A stretch of DNA of 64,000 nucleotides from an uncultured delta proteobacterium. GTDB taxonomy: Bacteria; Myxococcota_A; Polyangia; Polyangiales; B10-G4. Below the pieces are notes generated by a model, which was not told the origin of the DNA, did no database searches, and was given only the letters and a program-made list of their open reading frames with translations. Positions 20,101 to 29,537 of the stretch are shown here, in pieces. The stretch spans positions 224,001 through 288,000 of the forward strand of contig CAVSGI010000006.1 of NCBI GenBank assembly GCA_963727445.1, written 5' to 3'. Position numbers and translations under genes: made by a program. Position 1 is the stretch's first letter; every line of letters starts with the position of its first letter.

Positions 20101-21027
20101 GACCGCGATGCCCGTGCTGGCGCGGGAGGGACGGCTCGGCAGGTCGGCGCGCGTGAGCAGGTCCGCGTCTCCGCCCCCGGGGATCTGGACCTCGAGCTCG
20201 CCGGTGGCCGCCGAAAGGTCGAGCTTCTCGAGGGCTTCGACCAGGGCGTTCATCGATGCCCAGCGTCCCTCGCGCGTCTTGCGCATCGCGCGGCTGACGA
20301 CCTCGATCAGTCGACGCGGCACGTGAGGCGCGATCGAGCGGATCGGACGCGGCTCGTCGAGGACCAAGGCCAGCATGGTGGCGACCGGGGAGTCGCGCTT
20401 GAAAGGCCGCCGGCCGGTGAGGCACTCGTAGAGGACGACGCCGAGCGCCCACACGTCGGCGCGCTCGTCGACATCCGGCTCCGCGCGCGCCTGCTCGGGC
20501 GCGAGGTACGCCGGAGTGCCCAGCACCTCCTTGTCGATCGTCAGCTCGGGCTCGACCTCTGCCCAACGCGCGATCCCGAAGTCCAGCACCTTCACCGAAC
20601 CGTCGTCGCAGATGTAGATGTTCGCGGGCTTGAGATCGCGATGGACGATGTCCATCTCATGCGCGGCGGCGACGCCATTGGCGGCGGCGATGATGACGTC
20701 CGCCGCCTCCGCCGGCTGCAACGGCCCGCGGCGCAAGCGCTCCTGGAGGCTTTCGCCCTCGAGGAGCTCGAAGGCGATCCACGGAGTCCCGTCGGCGTCG
20801 GTTCCGGTGTCTTTGACCTGGACGACGTTGGGGTGGTTGATCTGGATCGCCGCCTCGCGGGCAAAGCGGCGCAACATGTCGGGTCGGGTACGGGCCGGCA
20901 GCAGGACCTTCACCGCGGCCTCGTCACCCGATTCGGTGACGCAGTGATAGACGCACCCCATGCCGCCGCGGCCGATGACCTCTTTGACCGTATAGGGCCC
21001 GATGGACTGTCGTTCCTCTTCGTTCAA
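17137..21027 (-). CDS. Ser/Thr kinase - degenerate cyclase-like - AAA/STAND ATPase - TPR protein (start approximate)
   Basis: GRGGMG, HRDLKPAN, DFG; Walker A GPPGSGKS; Walker B LIFEDLQW; SGGNPLF; helical repeats at the C-terminus. Confidence 0.88.
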   Translation of the reverse strand: MNEEERQSIGPYTVKEVIGRGGMGCVYHCVTESGDEAAVKVLLPARTRPDMLRRFAREAAIQINHPNVVQVKDTGTDADGTPWIAFELLEGESLQERLRRGPLQPAEAADVIIAAANGVAAAHEMDIVHRDLKPANIYICDDGSVKVLDFGIARWAEVEPELTIDKEVLGTPAYLAPEQARAEPDVDERADVWALGVVLYECLTGRRPFKRDSPVATMLALVLDEPRPIRSIAPHVPRRLIEVVSRAMRKTREGRWASMNALVEALEKLDLSAATGELEVQIPGGGDADLLTRADLPSRPSRASTGIAVDEKRVVAMLYAANVLDAGSIEKAVLGQGGVFVPLLGKKAIGVFGGESWEGDEVERAARAALMCHGTAGRISVSSGRASTRDGRGVSGEAVREAEAASARRLDGVVVLGETARQLSSTFEVNEVESGVFTLGSEKSDFDPEGAPPTPTIGREVEIAQLKRSVVQCLEEERGSMMVIVGPPGSGKSRMRYELERMVDDFDEGAEVLLGRGAPLMRETSLSLIANVLTSYARAGTLSRGWPSVDPAAPVEERQRAVLNLVKHAITDETDAARCATFLGSLLGVAMEQNEELSAALSDARLMADQLQAAIFEFFTSLAAKGPLVLIFEDLQWSDPASMEILEGLTDRAAEYPLLILLTARPEIADTRPRLFSRHDAVRLDLPRLSVKDVAQLAETLVGRAISREVVEAVAERSGGNPLFVEQIIRVLAEDGLLDNTPDRLPLPRSVEAAVQSRLDHLPGPEKDLCKRASLFGRPFVGPEVEALGSAGADRLLGSLRRRGLMVAGPRPPDGTPREHRFRSTLVADVAYRMLSDELRRELHRRAARFLGNTEGSPAEEIAIHYERGHEPELAARHYVNAALDAARRGDNATVLRCGQRAEALGPPPEQIFPLHMAKAEALGFLGRRDEQGLELAEALHAAPGDRERARVMIAQATWLMRTSRLDDAAEVAAEGVENADRVGDPELRAFARVRQVQALVYTGKLDGAQIVLNQTEPLLDDLSPHTRAFVVEAQAHLAAALGDLGQREHAFAQAAELFRKTGDVRRAAANESNLADTYNRVGAYDEAERALRDALDGCRQVGNRLGESYALLNLAYALGMLGRIDQALRTIEEARALPHVQEDPRLMLTLRLYRARILLQAVADPERSAGLAEEASRLAHEAGKAGMAALRVTALAIAALVRLHEGDIEMALAASTQAMTGRDELSSIEEDEAEVFLAHAKALAAAGRDEESKRVVERGLERLQYIGQRIGDEKVRARFMNDVPAHKALLTGDLG

Positions 21028-21212
21028 AGCGCGTACAGCCCCGAGAAGATTAGGAAGGATACGACCCCGAGCGGTGGCGGGGAAGGGTGATTGCCTATGA
21101 ATTTGCTCGGGTTCCGTCCAGGCTCGGGCTCGGGCGGACGGGGTGGGCAAAGGAGGTCCAAAGGTCGCTTCGCCTTCTCAAGGAGGGGCCTCCGTAGCAA
21201 CATGGCCGCCGA

Positions 21213-23084
21213 ATGCGCGACGAGAGCACGGTTCACATCCCGGACGAGTGGCTTGTGCCCACGGTGCCGACGGGCAAGGAGACCGCCGACGTGGCCGGGC
21301 GCTACCGGCTCTGCTTCGAGGTCGCCTCTGGCGGGATGGCGACGGTCTACCTGGCGCTCTACCAGGGACTGATGGGCTTCGAGAAGGTGGTGGCCCTCAA
21401 GACCATCCACAAGCACCTCGCCAAGGAACAGCAGTTCGTCGACATGTTCTTCGACGAGGCGCGCATCGCGGCGCACATCGACCATCCCTTCGTGTGCCGG
21501 GTCATCGACTTCGGGCAGGCACAGAAGACCTATTACATCGCCATGGAGTACCTGCTCGGCGAGCCGCTTTCGGCGATCTGGGAGGAGCTTCACGAAAAGC
21601 CGGCGCTCGCGGCTTCCCCCGACCGGCCCTTTCTGCTCGCTCGGGCCGTCGCCGACATCTGCGAAGGGTTGCACGCTGCGCACGACCTCTCGAGCGGAGG
21701 GCGCTCGATGAACGTCGTCCATCGCGACGTCACGCCGGCGAACCTCTTCGTGCTCTACGACGGCACGGTGCGGGTGGTGGACTTCGGCATCGCGACCGCA
21801 CGGGACAAGCTGCACCAGACCGAGCTCGGCACCGTGAAGGGGAAGTACGCCTACGTCTCCCCGGAGCAGCTGGAGATGAAGCGCCTCGACCGGCGGAGCG
21901 ACGTGTGGTCTCTGGGGGTCGTCTTCTGGGAGCTGTTGACCGGCAAGCGCCTCTTCAAGCGCGAGACGCACATGGAGACCATGCGAGCGGTGGGCGCCGC
22001 CGCGGTGCCTCCCCCCTCGAGCGTACGACGCGACATTCCCGCAGACCTCGATGCCATCGTGCTGCAAGCCCTCGAGCGCAACCGCGGCCAGCGTTACCCC
22101 GATGCCCGCGCCATGGCGCTCGACCTCGAGCGTTTCCTGGCCAATCACCGCCGTGCCGTGTCGCGTGGCGAGCTCGGCGGGTGGCTCGATGCGATCTTCC
22201 CGGGCGCGGCGGCGAAGAAGCGGCAGCTGATCGAGCTCACGCGCAAGAACGACGCCGCGGTCCCCCTCGACGACGGTGGCGACATATCGGTGACCACCGC
22301 CTTCCGCCCTCCCGAGCCGACGACGGTGCGAAGCATCGAAGAGCCGACGACGGTGGATCGCGCCGAAGAGGTGGGGGACGAAGAGCTCACCGACATGGAC
22401 GAGGTCGCCGCGCGGGTGACCGCGCCCGACGCGCCCCCGACGGTCCTGACCGAAGAGAAGCAGAAGAAGCCCGAGGTCAGCCCCAGCCAGAAGAAGAAGC
22501 TCGCCCAGGAGAAGACGGAGAAGATCGTCGAGAAGGACCGTCCCGCGCTCGCGATCCGGCCTTCGGATCGCGCGCCACCCCGCAGCGACGATCGCGCGCG
22601 CAGCGAAAAGACGGGCGGGATGCCGTCCTGGGTGGTGCCCGCAGCGATCCTCGCCGTCGCCGGCGGGGCCACGCTCGCGTACTACCAGCCTTGGGCGACC
22701 AACGGTCCGGAGATCGTGGACGAGGTCGAGCCTGCCTCCGGGGCCGTCCATTCGCCAGCCGCCCACGCGGGAGCCGTCGACGCTGCCGCGGCCGACACCG
22801 GCGCCGCGCAGGCCTCTGACGGGATCGACCGCTCCGATTGGCCGCCCTTCGAGGAGGTCGTCGAGGAGGGGCCGCCCGGGACCCTGCACGTGACCGCGAG
22901 AAGCGGCGTCGCGGAGATCCGCCGCGGCGAGGAGGTGCTCGGTCAGACGCCTCTCGAGGTCGAGCTGCCCCCCGGTCGCCATCGTCTGATCCTCTTTCCC
23001 GAAGGGGGAGGGGCGCCGCGGCCGCTCGACGTGGAGATCCGTTCCGAGCGCAACACCTACATGACGGTCAGCCTGACCGACTGA
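21213..23084 (+). CDS. Membrane Ser/Thr kinase with PEGA-like domain
   Basis: SGGMATVY, HRDVTPAN, DFG, KGKYAYVSPE; TM segment; LGQTPL. Confidence 0.9.
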   Translation: MRDESTVHIPDEWLVPTVPTGKETADVAGRYRLCFEVASGGMATVYLALYQGLMGFEKVVALKTIHKHLAKEQQFVDMFFDEARIAAHIDHPFVCRVIDFGQAQKTYYIAMEYLLGEPLSAIWEELHEKPALAASPDRPFLLARAVADICEGLHAAHDLSSGGRSMNVVHRDVTPANLFVLYDGTVRVVDFGIATARDKLHQTELGTVKGKYAYVSPEQLEMKRLDRRSDVWSLGVVFWELLTGKRLFKRETHMETMRAVGAAAVPPPSSVRRDIPADLDAIVLQALERNRGQRYPDARAMALDLERFLANHRRAVSRGELGGWLDAIFPGAAAKKRQLIELTRKNDAAVPLDDGGDISVTTAFRPPEPTTVRSIEEPTTVDRAEEVGDEELTDMDEVAARVTAPDAPPTVLTEEKQKKPEVSPSQKKKLAQEKTEKIVEKDRPALAIRPSDRAPPRSDDRARSEKTGGMPSWVVPAAILAVAGGATLAYYQPWATNGPEIVDEVEPASGAVHSPAAHAGAVDAAAADTGAAQASDGIDRSDWPPFEEVVEEGPPGTLHVTARSGVAEIRRGEEVLGQTPLEVELPPGRHRLILFPEGGGAPRPLDVEIRSERNTYMTVSLTD

Positions 23085-23102
23085 AGCGTGTAGACTGCTT
23101 TG

Positions 23103-23831
23103 GTGGCCGGAGGCGACAGAACGGGCAATCGGACCAGCGAGGTCTCCACTGGCCGGCACTATCTGGAAGATACCCAGACCGAACGGCTGAGCGTCCTCGA
23201 GCCCATCTGGTCACGGCTGCGCCGCGAAGCCGAGCGGCACGTGACCACCCAGCCCACGCTCGGCGCCTTCTTCACCGCCAACGTCCTGCGCTTCCACTCC
23301 TTCGATCACGCCGTGAGCGAGCACCTCGGCGCGGCGCTGGGCGAGCCCACCTACCGGGCGAAGGACATGCAGGCGCTCATCGCCGACGCCTTCAATCGCT
23401 CCCTCGCGCTCTGCACCGAGGTCGCGGAGGATTTCGAGGCGACGATGGAGGAGCGGCACCTCCCCGGCTGGTCGATCATGCTGCAGGACGACGGATTTCG
23501 CGGCCTGGTCGCCCATCGGATCGCGGGCTGGCTCGCGCACACCGAGCAGCCGGTGCTCGCCGCCTACCTCGCGGGTCGCGCCTCCCACGTCTTCGGCGTT
23601 CGAGTCGAGGTCGGCGCGATGCTCGCCGGCGGACTGGTGGTGCATCCGGGCGTGTCGGTTCTTCGCGACTCGGTGATCGGGCAGGGGGTGGTCCTGGGGA
23701 CGCGTGCGGTCGTCCAGGGCGTGGCGATCGGGCGCGATGCACGCGTCCTTCCGAACTCGGTCGTCACCTCCACCGTCCCTACCGGTGCGGTCGTCGCCGG
23801 AGTGCCGGCGCGCCGGATCGACGACCCGTGA
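23103..23831 (+). CDS. Serine O-acetyltransferase-like (CysE-like) protein, divergent
   Basis: N-terminal helices IWSRLRREAE...PTLGAFFTANVL; GFRGLVAHRIAGWL; hexapeptide repeats ending VAGVPAR. Confidence 0.7.
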   Translation: MAGGDRTGNRTSEVSTGRHYLEDTQTERLSVLEPIWSRLRREAERHVTTQPTLGAFFTANVLRFHSFDHAVSEHLGAALGEPTYRAKDMQALIADAFNRSLALCTEVAEDFEATMEERHLPGWSIMLQDDGFRGLVAHRIAGWLAHTEQPVLAAYLAGRASHVFGVRVEVGAMLAGGLVVHPGVSVLRDSVIGQGVVLGTRAVVQGVAIGRDARVLPNSVVTSTVPTGAVVAGVPARRIDDP

Positions 23832-24298
23832 GCGGCCCGGTCCACGAGTTCGAGGCGCGCTTGTTCTGGACCGGGGCATCCGAAGGGCCGACCACGGGGT
23901 ACGCGGACTACTCCCGGAGCTATCGCATCGAGGTCGACGGCAAGCCGCATTTCGAAGGCAGCGCGGCGCCGCCTTTCCGGGGGGACGGCTCCCTCTACAA
24001 CCCCGAAGATCTGTTGGTCGCTTCCCTCAGCGCGTGCCATTGCCTGAGCTACCTCGCGCTCGCGGCGCGGAGCGGGATCCTGGTGACGGCGTACGAGGAT
24101 CAGGCCCGCGGAAAGATGACCCTGCAGGGCGGTGGACTCTCCTTCGAGCGCGTGGTGCTTCGGCCACGGGTGACCATCGACGCTTCCTCGGATCGAGACA
24201 AGGCGCGACGACTTCACTCCGAGGCTCACCGGACCTGCTTCATCGCGCGCTCGGTGGCGTTCCCCGTGGAGAACGTGCCCACCATCGTCGTGGGCTGA
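23828..24298 (+). CDS. OsmC/Ohr family protein
   Basis: NPEDLLVASLSACH and AHRTCFIARSV two-Cys motifs; GTGA overlap. Confidence 0.9.
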   Translation: MSGPVHEFEARLFWTGASEGPTTGYADYSRSYRIEVDGKPHFEGSAAPPFRGDGSLYNPEDLLVASLSACHCLSYLALAARSGILVTAYEDQARGKMTLQGGGLSFERVVLRPRVTIDASSDRDKARRLHSEAHRTCFIARSVAFPVENVPTIVVG

Positions 24299-24313
24299 TC
24301 TACCATCCCGCGC

Positions 24314-25466
24314 ATGGTCAGCACCCGAGGCCTCGTCGGTCTACGCCCCGCGCCCGCGCACGTGGCGCGCGTCACCACGCCCCCCTACGACGTCATCAAG
24401 AAGGGCACGCCCCTGGAGGCGCGCCTGAAAGACGAGCCGGCCTCGTTCTTCCACGTCATTCTCGGCGACGCTCCGGCCGACGCGCTCGCGCGCGCCCAGA
24501 GCGAAGGGTGGCTGGTGCCCGATGACGAGCCGGCGTACTACGTCTACGAGCAGCGCTGGGGCGATCGAGATCCGCACCGGCGTCCTGCATGCGGCCGAGG
24601 TGACCCCCTACGAGGCGCGTCAGGTCATCCGCCACGAGAAGACCTTCGACGACAAGGTGAAGGGGCGCATCGCGCTCACCAACGACATCGCGCATACGGT
24701 GGGGCCGGTGTTCGTCCTGACGCGGGCGTCGCTCTCGGCGCTCTTCGACGAGGCGAAAGCGGCCGAGCCGCTCTACGACTTCGAGAGCGACTTCGGCGCC
24801 GACTCCCTGTCAGGCGTTCACAGCCGGGTCTTCCGCGTCGCCGCCGCGAGCGATCTCGGCGGGCGCATCGCTCGGGCGCTCGGCTCGGAGCCCTACTACA
24901 TCGCCGACGGGCACCACCGCTACCACGCTGCGCTGAAGAACGGTCAGACCCACTTCCTCTGCTATGCGACCGAAGAGGCGAAGATCCTCGCTTACAACCG
25001 CGTGGTAAACGGCGTGAGGCGCTTCGACGAGGTGCGCGGCGAGCTGGCCCTCGAAGAGGCGCCGAGCTTCACCACGCCCGACAAGCACGCCTTCCGCATC
25101 TACCAAGGCGGCAAGAGCTACACCCTCGCGGCGAAGAAGGTCCCCACCGACGTCGTCGGCCGCCTCGACTGCGCCATCCTCGAGCGGGAGCTCTACCCGC
25201 TGCTCGGACTGAGCCACGACATGATCGCGGACGCCGCGCACTTCGACTACTACCCCGAGTCCGCGCTCTCGGAGATGAAGGCGCGTGTGGATGCGGGTGA
25301 CTACGACCTCGCCATCGCGCTCCATCCGGTGAGTCTGGAGGAGCTGATGGCGGTGGCTGACGCCGGGCTCGAGGACCCCGAGATCGTCATGCCCGAGAAG
25401 AGCACCTACTTCGCGCCGAAGATCCTGACGGGGCTCTTCGCCTATCGGCACCAGCGCGCCGACTAG
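24314..25466 (+). CDS. DUF1015 family protein (one extra base near 24563-24572)
   Basis: PPYDVI, YYVYEQ in frame 1; HEKT, IADGHHRY, MPEKSTYFAPKILTGL in frame 2. Confidence 0.85.
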
Positions 25467-26122
25467 GCCTTCAGGCGCCGGTAGACGCCCACGACCACGC
25501 CGAGGATCTGGGTGCTGCGCCAGTCGTTCTTGGGAATCAGGATCGGGGCCATGGCGCTGTTCGCCGGCTGCAGGCGCACGTGCTCGCGCTCCGGGTAGTA
25601 GTCCTTGCAGGTCGCTTCGTCGCCGACGAGGGCGATGATCGTCTCGCCGCGGCGCGCAGTGAGCTGCTTCTTGACGAAGACGTAGTCGCCGTCGTGGATG
25701 CCGGCCTCGATCATCGAGTCGCCCACGATGCGCAGGCCGAAGACGTCGCGGGTGCCGCCCACCAGCATCCGGTCGATGTAGACCTTGTCCTCCGGCTCCT
25801 CGATCGCCTCCTGCAGGGCGCCGGCCGCGACGCGACCGACGATGGGGATGGCGACCAGGTCGGCTTCCGTGTCGTTTGCCGGCGCGCGATGACCAATCTC
25901 GTCGTAGGCGAGGTCGGTGGGGCGCAGGGTGCGCGACTTCATGTCCTCGCGGGTCAGGTAGCCCTTCCGCTCGAGCGCGCGGAGGTGGTCGTTCACCCCG
26001 TTGGTGCTGCGGATCCCGAGGTGGTTGCCGATCTCCCGAAGGGTGGGCGGATAGCCCCGATCATCGATCGAAGTGGTGATGTAATCGAGGACGGCGCGCT
26101 GGCGATCGGTCAACTTTTGCAT
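25463..26122 (-). CDS. lexA: SOS transcriptional repressor LexA
   Basis: LTDRQ, GYPPTLREIG, HLRALERKG; GRVAAG cleavage site; GDSM Ser; ATCK Lys; LQPANS. Confidence 0.95.
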   Translation of the reverse strand: MQKLTDRQRAVLDYITTSIDDRGYPPTLREIGNHLGIRSTNGVNDHLRALERKGYLTREDMKSRTLRPTDLAYDEIGHRAPANDTEADLVAIPIVGRVAAGALQEAIEEPEDKVYIDRMLVGGTRDVFGLRIVGDSMIEAGIHDGDYVFVKKQLTARRGETIIALVGDEATCKDYYPEREHVRLQPANSAMAPILIPKNDWRSTQILGVVVGVYRRLKA

Positions 26123-26175
26123 ATTGATTTCCAGTGGTTGTGGGCTTCCGCGGGAATCAGTGCCCGGCTGGATCA

Positions 26176-26191
26176 CTGAAGAGCCGAGCAG
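26176..26191 (-). promoter_or_regulatory. Candidate LexA operator
   Basis: CTGCTCGGCTCTTCAG matches 13/16 of the Myxococcus xanthus box as I recall it (CTRHAMRYBYGTTCAG); lies between the promoter and lexA. Confidence 0.55.
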
Positions 26192-26199
26192 GTATTACG

Positions 26200-26230
26200 A
26201 ACGATTACGTATCAAACACCCACTTGTCAA
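26200..26230 (-). promoter_or_regulatory. Sigma70-type lexA promoter
   Basis: Perfect TTGACA (26230-26225) in an AT-rich patch; -10 ambiguous (CGTAAT or TAATCG). Confidence 0.55.
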
Positions 26231-26320
26231 ATTTTCAGGTGTGGACAACGCGCGGCCCCAGGGGGAAATCGATGATCGAGAGATCCTTCGGCCCCTCCGC
26301 GCGTCTGTGGCGGGACCGCG

Positions 26321-28693
26321 ATGCGCGCCCGGACCCTCGTCTTCGTTCTTCAATCGCTCTTCGTCCTCGCGGCGAGCTTCGCCTGCACCTCCGAAGCGCA
26401 CGCCATCGGCTTCATGATTCCGCGCGACGGGTCGCTTCCGCCGCTCGCGATCCGCTATCACCGCGTCTCCACCACCATCCGCGAACGCGTGGCCGAGACC
26501 CGGGTCGAGCAGGTCTTCCGCAATCACACCGGCCAGGTCCTCGAAGCGACCTACGTCTTTCCGGTTCCCGAGGGCGCGTCGGTCAGCGGATTCACCATGT
26601 GGATCGACGGGCGGCGTCAGGAGGGCGAGCTCCTCGAATCGGGCAGAGCCCGTCGCATCTACGAAGAGATCGTGGCGCGTCTGCGCGACCCCGGTCTGGT
26701 CGAGCACATGGGCGGAAGCCTCTTCCGCGCGCGCGTCTTCCCGATCCAGCCGGGCGCCGAGGAACGCGTGGAGATCCGCTTCACGCAGACGCTCGAGTAC
26801 CACAGCGGCGTCATCCACTACCGCTACCCGCTGCGCACCGGTGGCGGCGCGGCGCAGACCCTCGAGGACATGACGGTCTCCGCGCAGATCGTCTCGCGCA
26901 CGCCGATTCGCGCCGTCTACTCGCCGAGCCATCCGATCAGCGTCAGCCGACCCGACGAGCACCACGCGACGGCCGGCTACGAGGGGACGGCCGTCACCCT
27001 CGACGAGGACTTCGACCTCTACTACGCGGTGCAGGATCGCGAGGTCGGGCTCAGTCTCCTGACCCATCGTGACCCGGGTGAAGACGGCTACTTCCTCGCG
27101 ATGATCGCGCCGCGCACCGAGATCACCCAACAGGAGATCGCGCACAAGGAGGTCCTCTTCGTCTTCGATACGTCGGGCTCGATGGCGGGCGAGAAGCTCG
27201 AACGCGCCAAGGCCGCCCTCGACTACATGCTGGCGCGTCTGAGACCCGAGGACCGCTTTCAGGTGGTGCGCTTCTCCACCGATGTGTCTGCGCTCTTCGG
27301 AGGAAACGCCTCCGTACCGGCGACGCCCGACAACGTCGCGCGCGCCCGGAATTTCGCCGCGCATTTCGTCGCCGCCGGGGGGACCGCGATCCACGGAGCC
27401 CTCCTCGAGGCCTACCGCACGCAGCGTCCCGAGGGCGACCCCCCGCGCATGGTCGTCTTCCTGACCGACGGCATGCCCACCATCGGCGAGACGCGCCCGC
27501 GGCAGATCGTCGACGAGGTCGGGCGACTCGGTGAGGAGTCGCGCCTCTTCGTCTTCGGCGTCGGCGACGACGTGAACACGACCTTCCTCGATCAGATCGC
27601 CCGGCGCGGTCGCGGGGTGGGGGACTATTTCCAGGACGGCCGCGAGATGGAGCGCCGGCTCTCCGCCTTCTACGACCGCATCGCCTATCCGCTGATCACC
27701 GATCTGTCGCTCTCCTTCCCCGGTCTCGAGGTCAGCGACGTCTATCCGCGCGACCTCGGCCACCTCTACCGTGGTGGCCAGCTCTTCGTCGTGGGCCGCT
27801 ATCACGGCGACGGCGAGCATCCGGTGCGCCTCTCGGGGCGCGCGAGCCACGAGCGGTCGGCGCGCACCTTCTCCTTCGACGTGGCCTTCCCGGCAGAGAG
27901 CCTGGACAACGACTGGCTTCCGCGCCTGTGGGCCACGCGCAAGATCGGTTTCCTTCTCGACGAGATCCGCCTGCGCGGCGAGCAGCCCGAGCTCCGGGCG
28001 TCCGTCGTCGACCTCGCGCGGACCTTCGGTGTGGTCACGCCTTATACGAGCTATCTGGTGGTCCCCGACGAAGCGATCCCACCGGGCCTCGCCGAGGATC
28101 GGGGCGCGCTCGGCCCGGTGGCCGGCGGCCGGCCCATCCTTCCGAACGATCCATCTCCCGACGCCGAGCCGGTGCAGGCGCAGCGAAACTTCGAGGGCTT
28201 CGACGGGGCGACCAGCCAATACGATTTCGAGGACGACCTCTACACCGGTGACTTGATGCGCCCGGACGGTGAGCACCTGAGGGGGCATTCGGCGACGACG
28301 GCGACCTCGGCGACGAGCGCCCCGTCGGGCGGCGCGGGTGCGCAGGGCCGGGCCATCTCGCGCCAGCTCCGCGCCATGCGCGAGGCGGAGCAGTCGCGCG
28401 CCGCGACCGCACGGGGCACCCGCTTCGTCGCCGGACGGACGTTCCGCGAGGTGCGCGGGATGTGGGTCGATACCGCGTATCGCCGGGGGATGCCCTCGCT
28501 CCGCGTGCGCTACGCGAGCCCCGCGTACTTCGCGCTCTTGCGCCAGCGGCCTTCGCTCCGCGCCTTCTTGTCGCTCGGGCGGCGGGTGACGGTGGTCCTT
28601 TCCGGGGGGCGCGCCGTCATCGTCGACGAAAACGCGCCCGCGGGTGTAAGCGACGCCGACGTCGCGCGATTCCTTTCCAGCGGCCCAGGATGA
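26321..28693 (+). CDS. Secreted VIT + VWA domain protein
   Basis: EQVFRN...LEATYVFPVP, A...YEEIV...RDPGL (VIT); MIDAS DTSGSM, GGT, LTDG; LWATRKI. Confidence 0.9.
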   Translation: MRARTLVFVLQSLFVLAASFACTSEAHAIGFMIPRDGSLPPLAIRYHRVSTTIRERVAETRVEQVFRNHTGQVLEATYVFPVPEGASVSGFTMWIDGRRQEGELLESGRARRIYEEIVARLRDPGLVEHMGGSLFRARVFPIQPGAEERVEIRFTQTLEYHSGVIHYRYPLRTGGGAAQTLEDMTVSAQIVSRTPIRAVYSPSHPISVSRPDEHHATAGYEGTAVTLDEDFDLYYAVQDREVGLSLLTHRDPGEDGYFLAMIAPRTEITQQEIAHKEVLFVFDTSGSMAGEKLERAKAALDYMLARLRPEDRFQVVRFSTDVSALFGGNASVPATPDNVARARNFAAHFVAAGGTAIHGALLEAYRTQRPEGDPPRMVVFLTDGMPTIGETRPRQIVDEVGRLGEESRLFVFGVGDDVNTTFLDQIARRGRGVGDYFQDGREMERRLSAFYDRIAYPLITDLSLSFPGLEVSDVYPRDLGHLYRGGQLFVVGRYHGDGEHPVRLSGRASHERSARTFSFDVAFPAESLDNDWLPRLWATRKIGFLLDEIRLRGEQPELRASVVDLARTFGVVTPYTSYLVVPDEAIPPGLAEDRGALGPVAGGRPILPNDPSPDAEPVQAQRNFEGFDGATSQYDFEDDLYTGDLMRPDGEHLRGHSATTATSATSAPSGGAGAQGRAISRQLRAMREAEQSRAATARGTRFVAGRTFREVRGMWVDTAYRRGMPSLRVRYASPAYFALLRQRPSLRAFLSLGRRVTVVLSGGRAVIVDENAPAGVSDADVARFLSSGPG

Positions 28694-28745
28694 CCTGCCT
28701 GCCGCGAAATCGTTCGAGACCGGAACGCCGGTTGGAGGGACCTCG

Positions 28746-29537
28746 ATGAAACGCGCCATCTTCGCTCTCACGCTCGCCGCCGCGGCCTTCGCCTGTGCCC
28801 TGACCGCCGCGCCCCAAAAGGCCTTCGCGGTGGAGCTGCACTGGGATCCGGTGACCAATCGCTGGGTGCGCACGCCGACCGTGGTGGTGCAGAGCCCGGT
28901 GCGAAACCCCTACCACTACTACGTGAACGTCCAACCGCCGCCGCCCCAGCGGGTCACGGTGCACGTGCAGCAGAGGCGTCCGACGCCTCCCCCCGCGAAC
29001 GTGGTGATCGATCCCGGCCCCGCCCCGTCCGTGCGTGATCCCTACGACACCGACGGACTGGTGGTCGCCGGCGCCGGTGCGGGCGGCATCTTTCTCTTCG
29101 GCGACGGGATCACCCACGCCGCCATGGCCTACAAGCTCCACCTCGGCCTCGCCATCGGCCAGTCGGAGTTCGCCCTTCGCGCGAACCTGGTCCCCGACGC
29201 CGGAGACGTCGCCAGCCCCACCGGCGGCACCACACCCGCGGCCCTCTACACCGTCGGCGCCACCTTCAACTATCGCTTCATCCCGAGCGCGATCGTCCAT
29301 CCCGTGACCGGCGCGGGGATCGAGACCTTGATCCTCGATCCGCACGAGGGCGACACCGGCACGGCGTTCGCTGTCACGGCGCGCGCAGGGCTCGAGTACG
29401 CCTATCCCATCGCCGACGGTGCGCTCGCGCTCGGCATCGACGTGACGGGTCACCTGCCTTTCGGCGTGACCAATCAGTACGCGGCGAGCGCCGTGGCGAT
29501 GCTCGATTTCGGCGCGTACCTCGACTACCGATTCTGA
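28746..29537 (+). CDS. Secreted protein with Pro-rich linker and probable small outer-membrane beta-barrel
   Basis: Signal peptide ending AFA; amphipathic strands; C-terminal YLDYRF. Confidence 0.65.
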   Translation: MKRAIFALTLAAAAFACALTAAPQKAFAVELHWDPVTNRWVRTPTVVVQSPVRNPYHYYVNVQPPPPQRVTVHVQQRRPTPPPANVVIDPGPAPSVRDPYDTDGLVVAGAGAGGIFLFGDGITHAAMAYKLHLGLAIGQSEFALRANLVPDAGDVASPTGGTTPAALYTVGATFNYRFIPSAIVHPVTGAGIETLILDPHEGDTGTAFAVTARAGLEYAYPIADGALALGIDVTGHLPFGVTNQYAASAVAMLDFGAYLDYRF

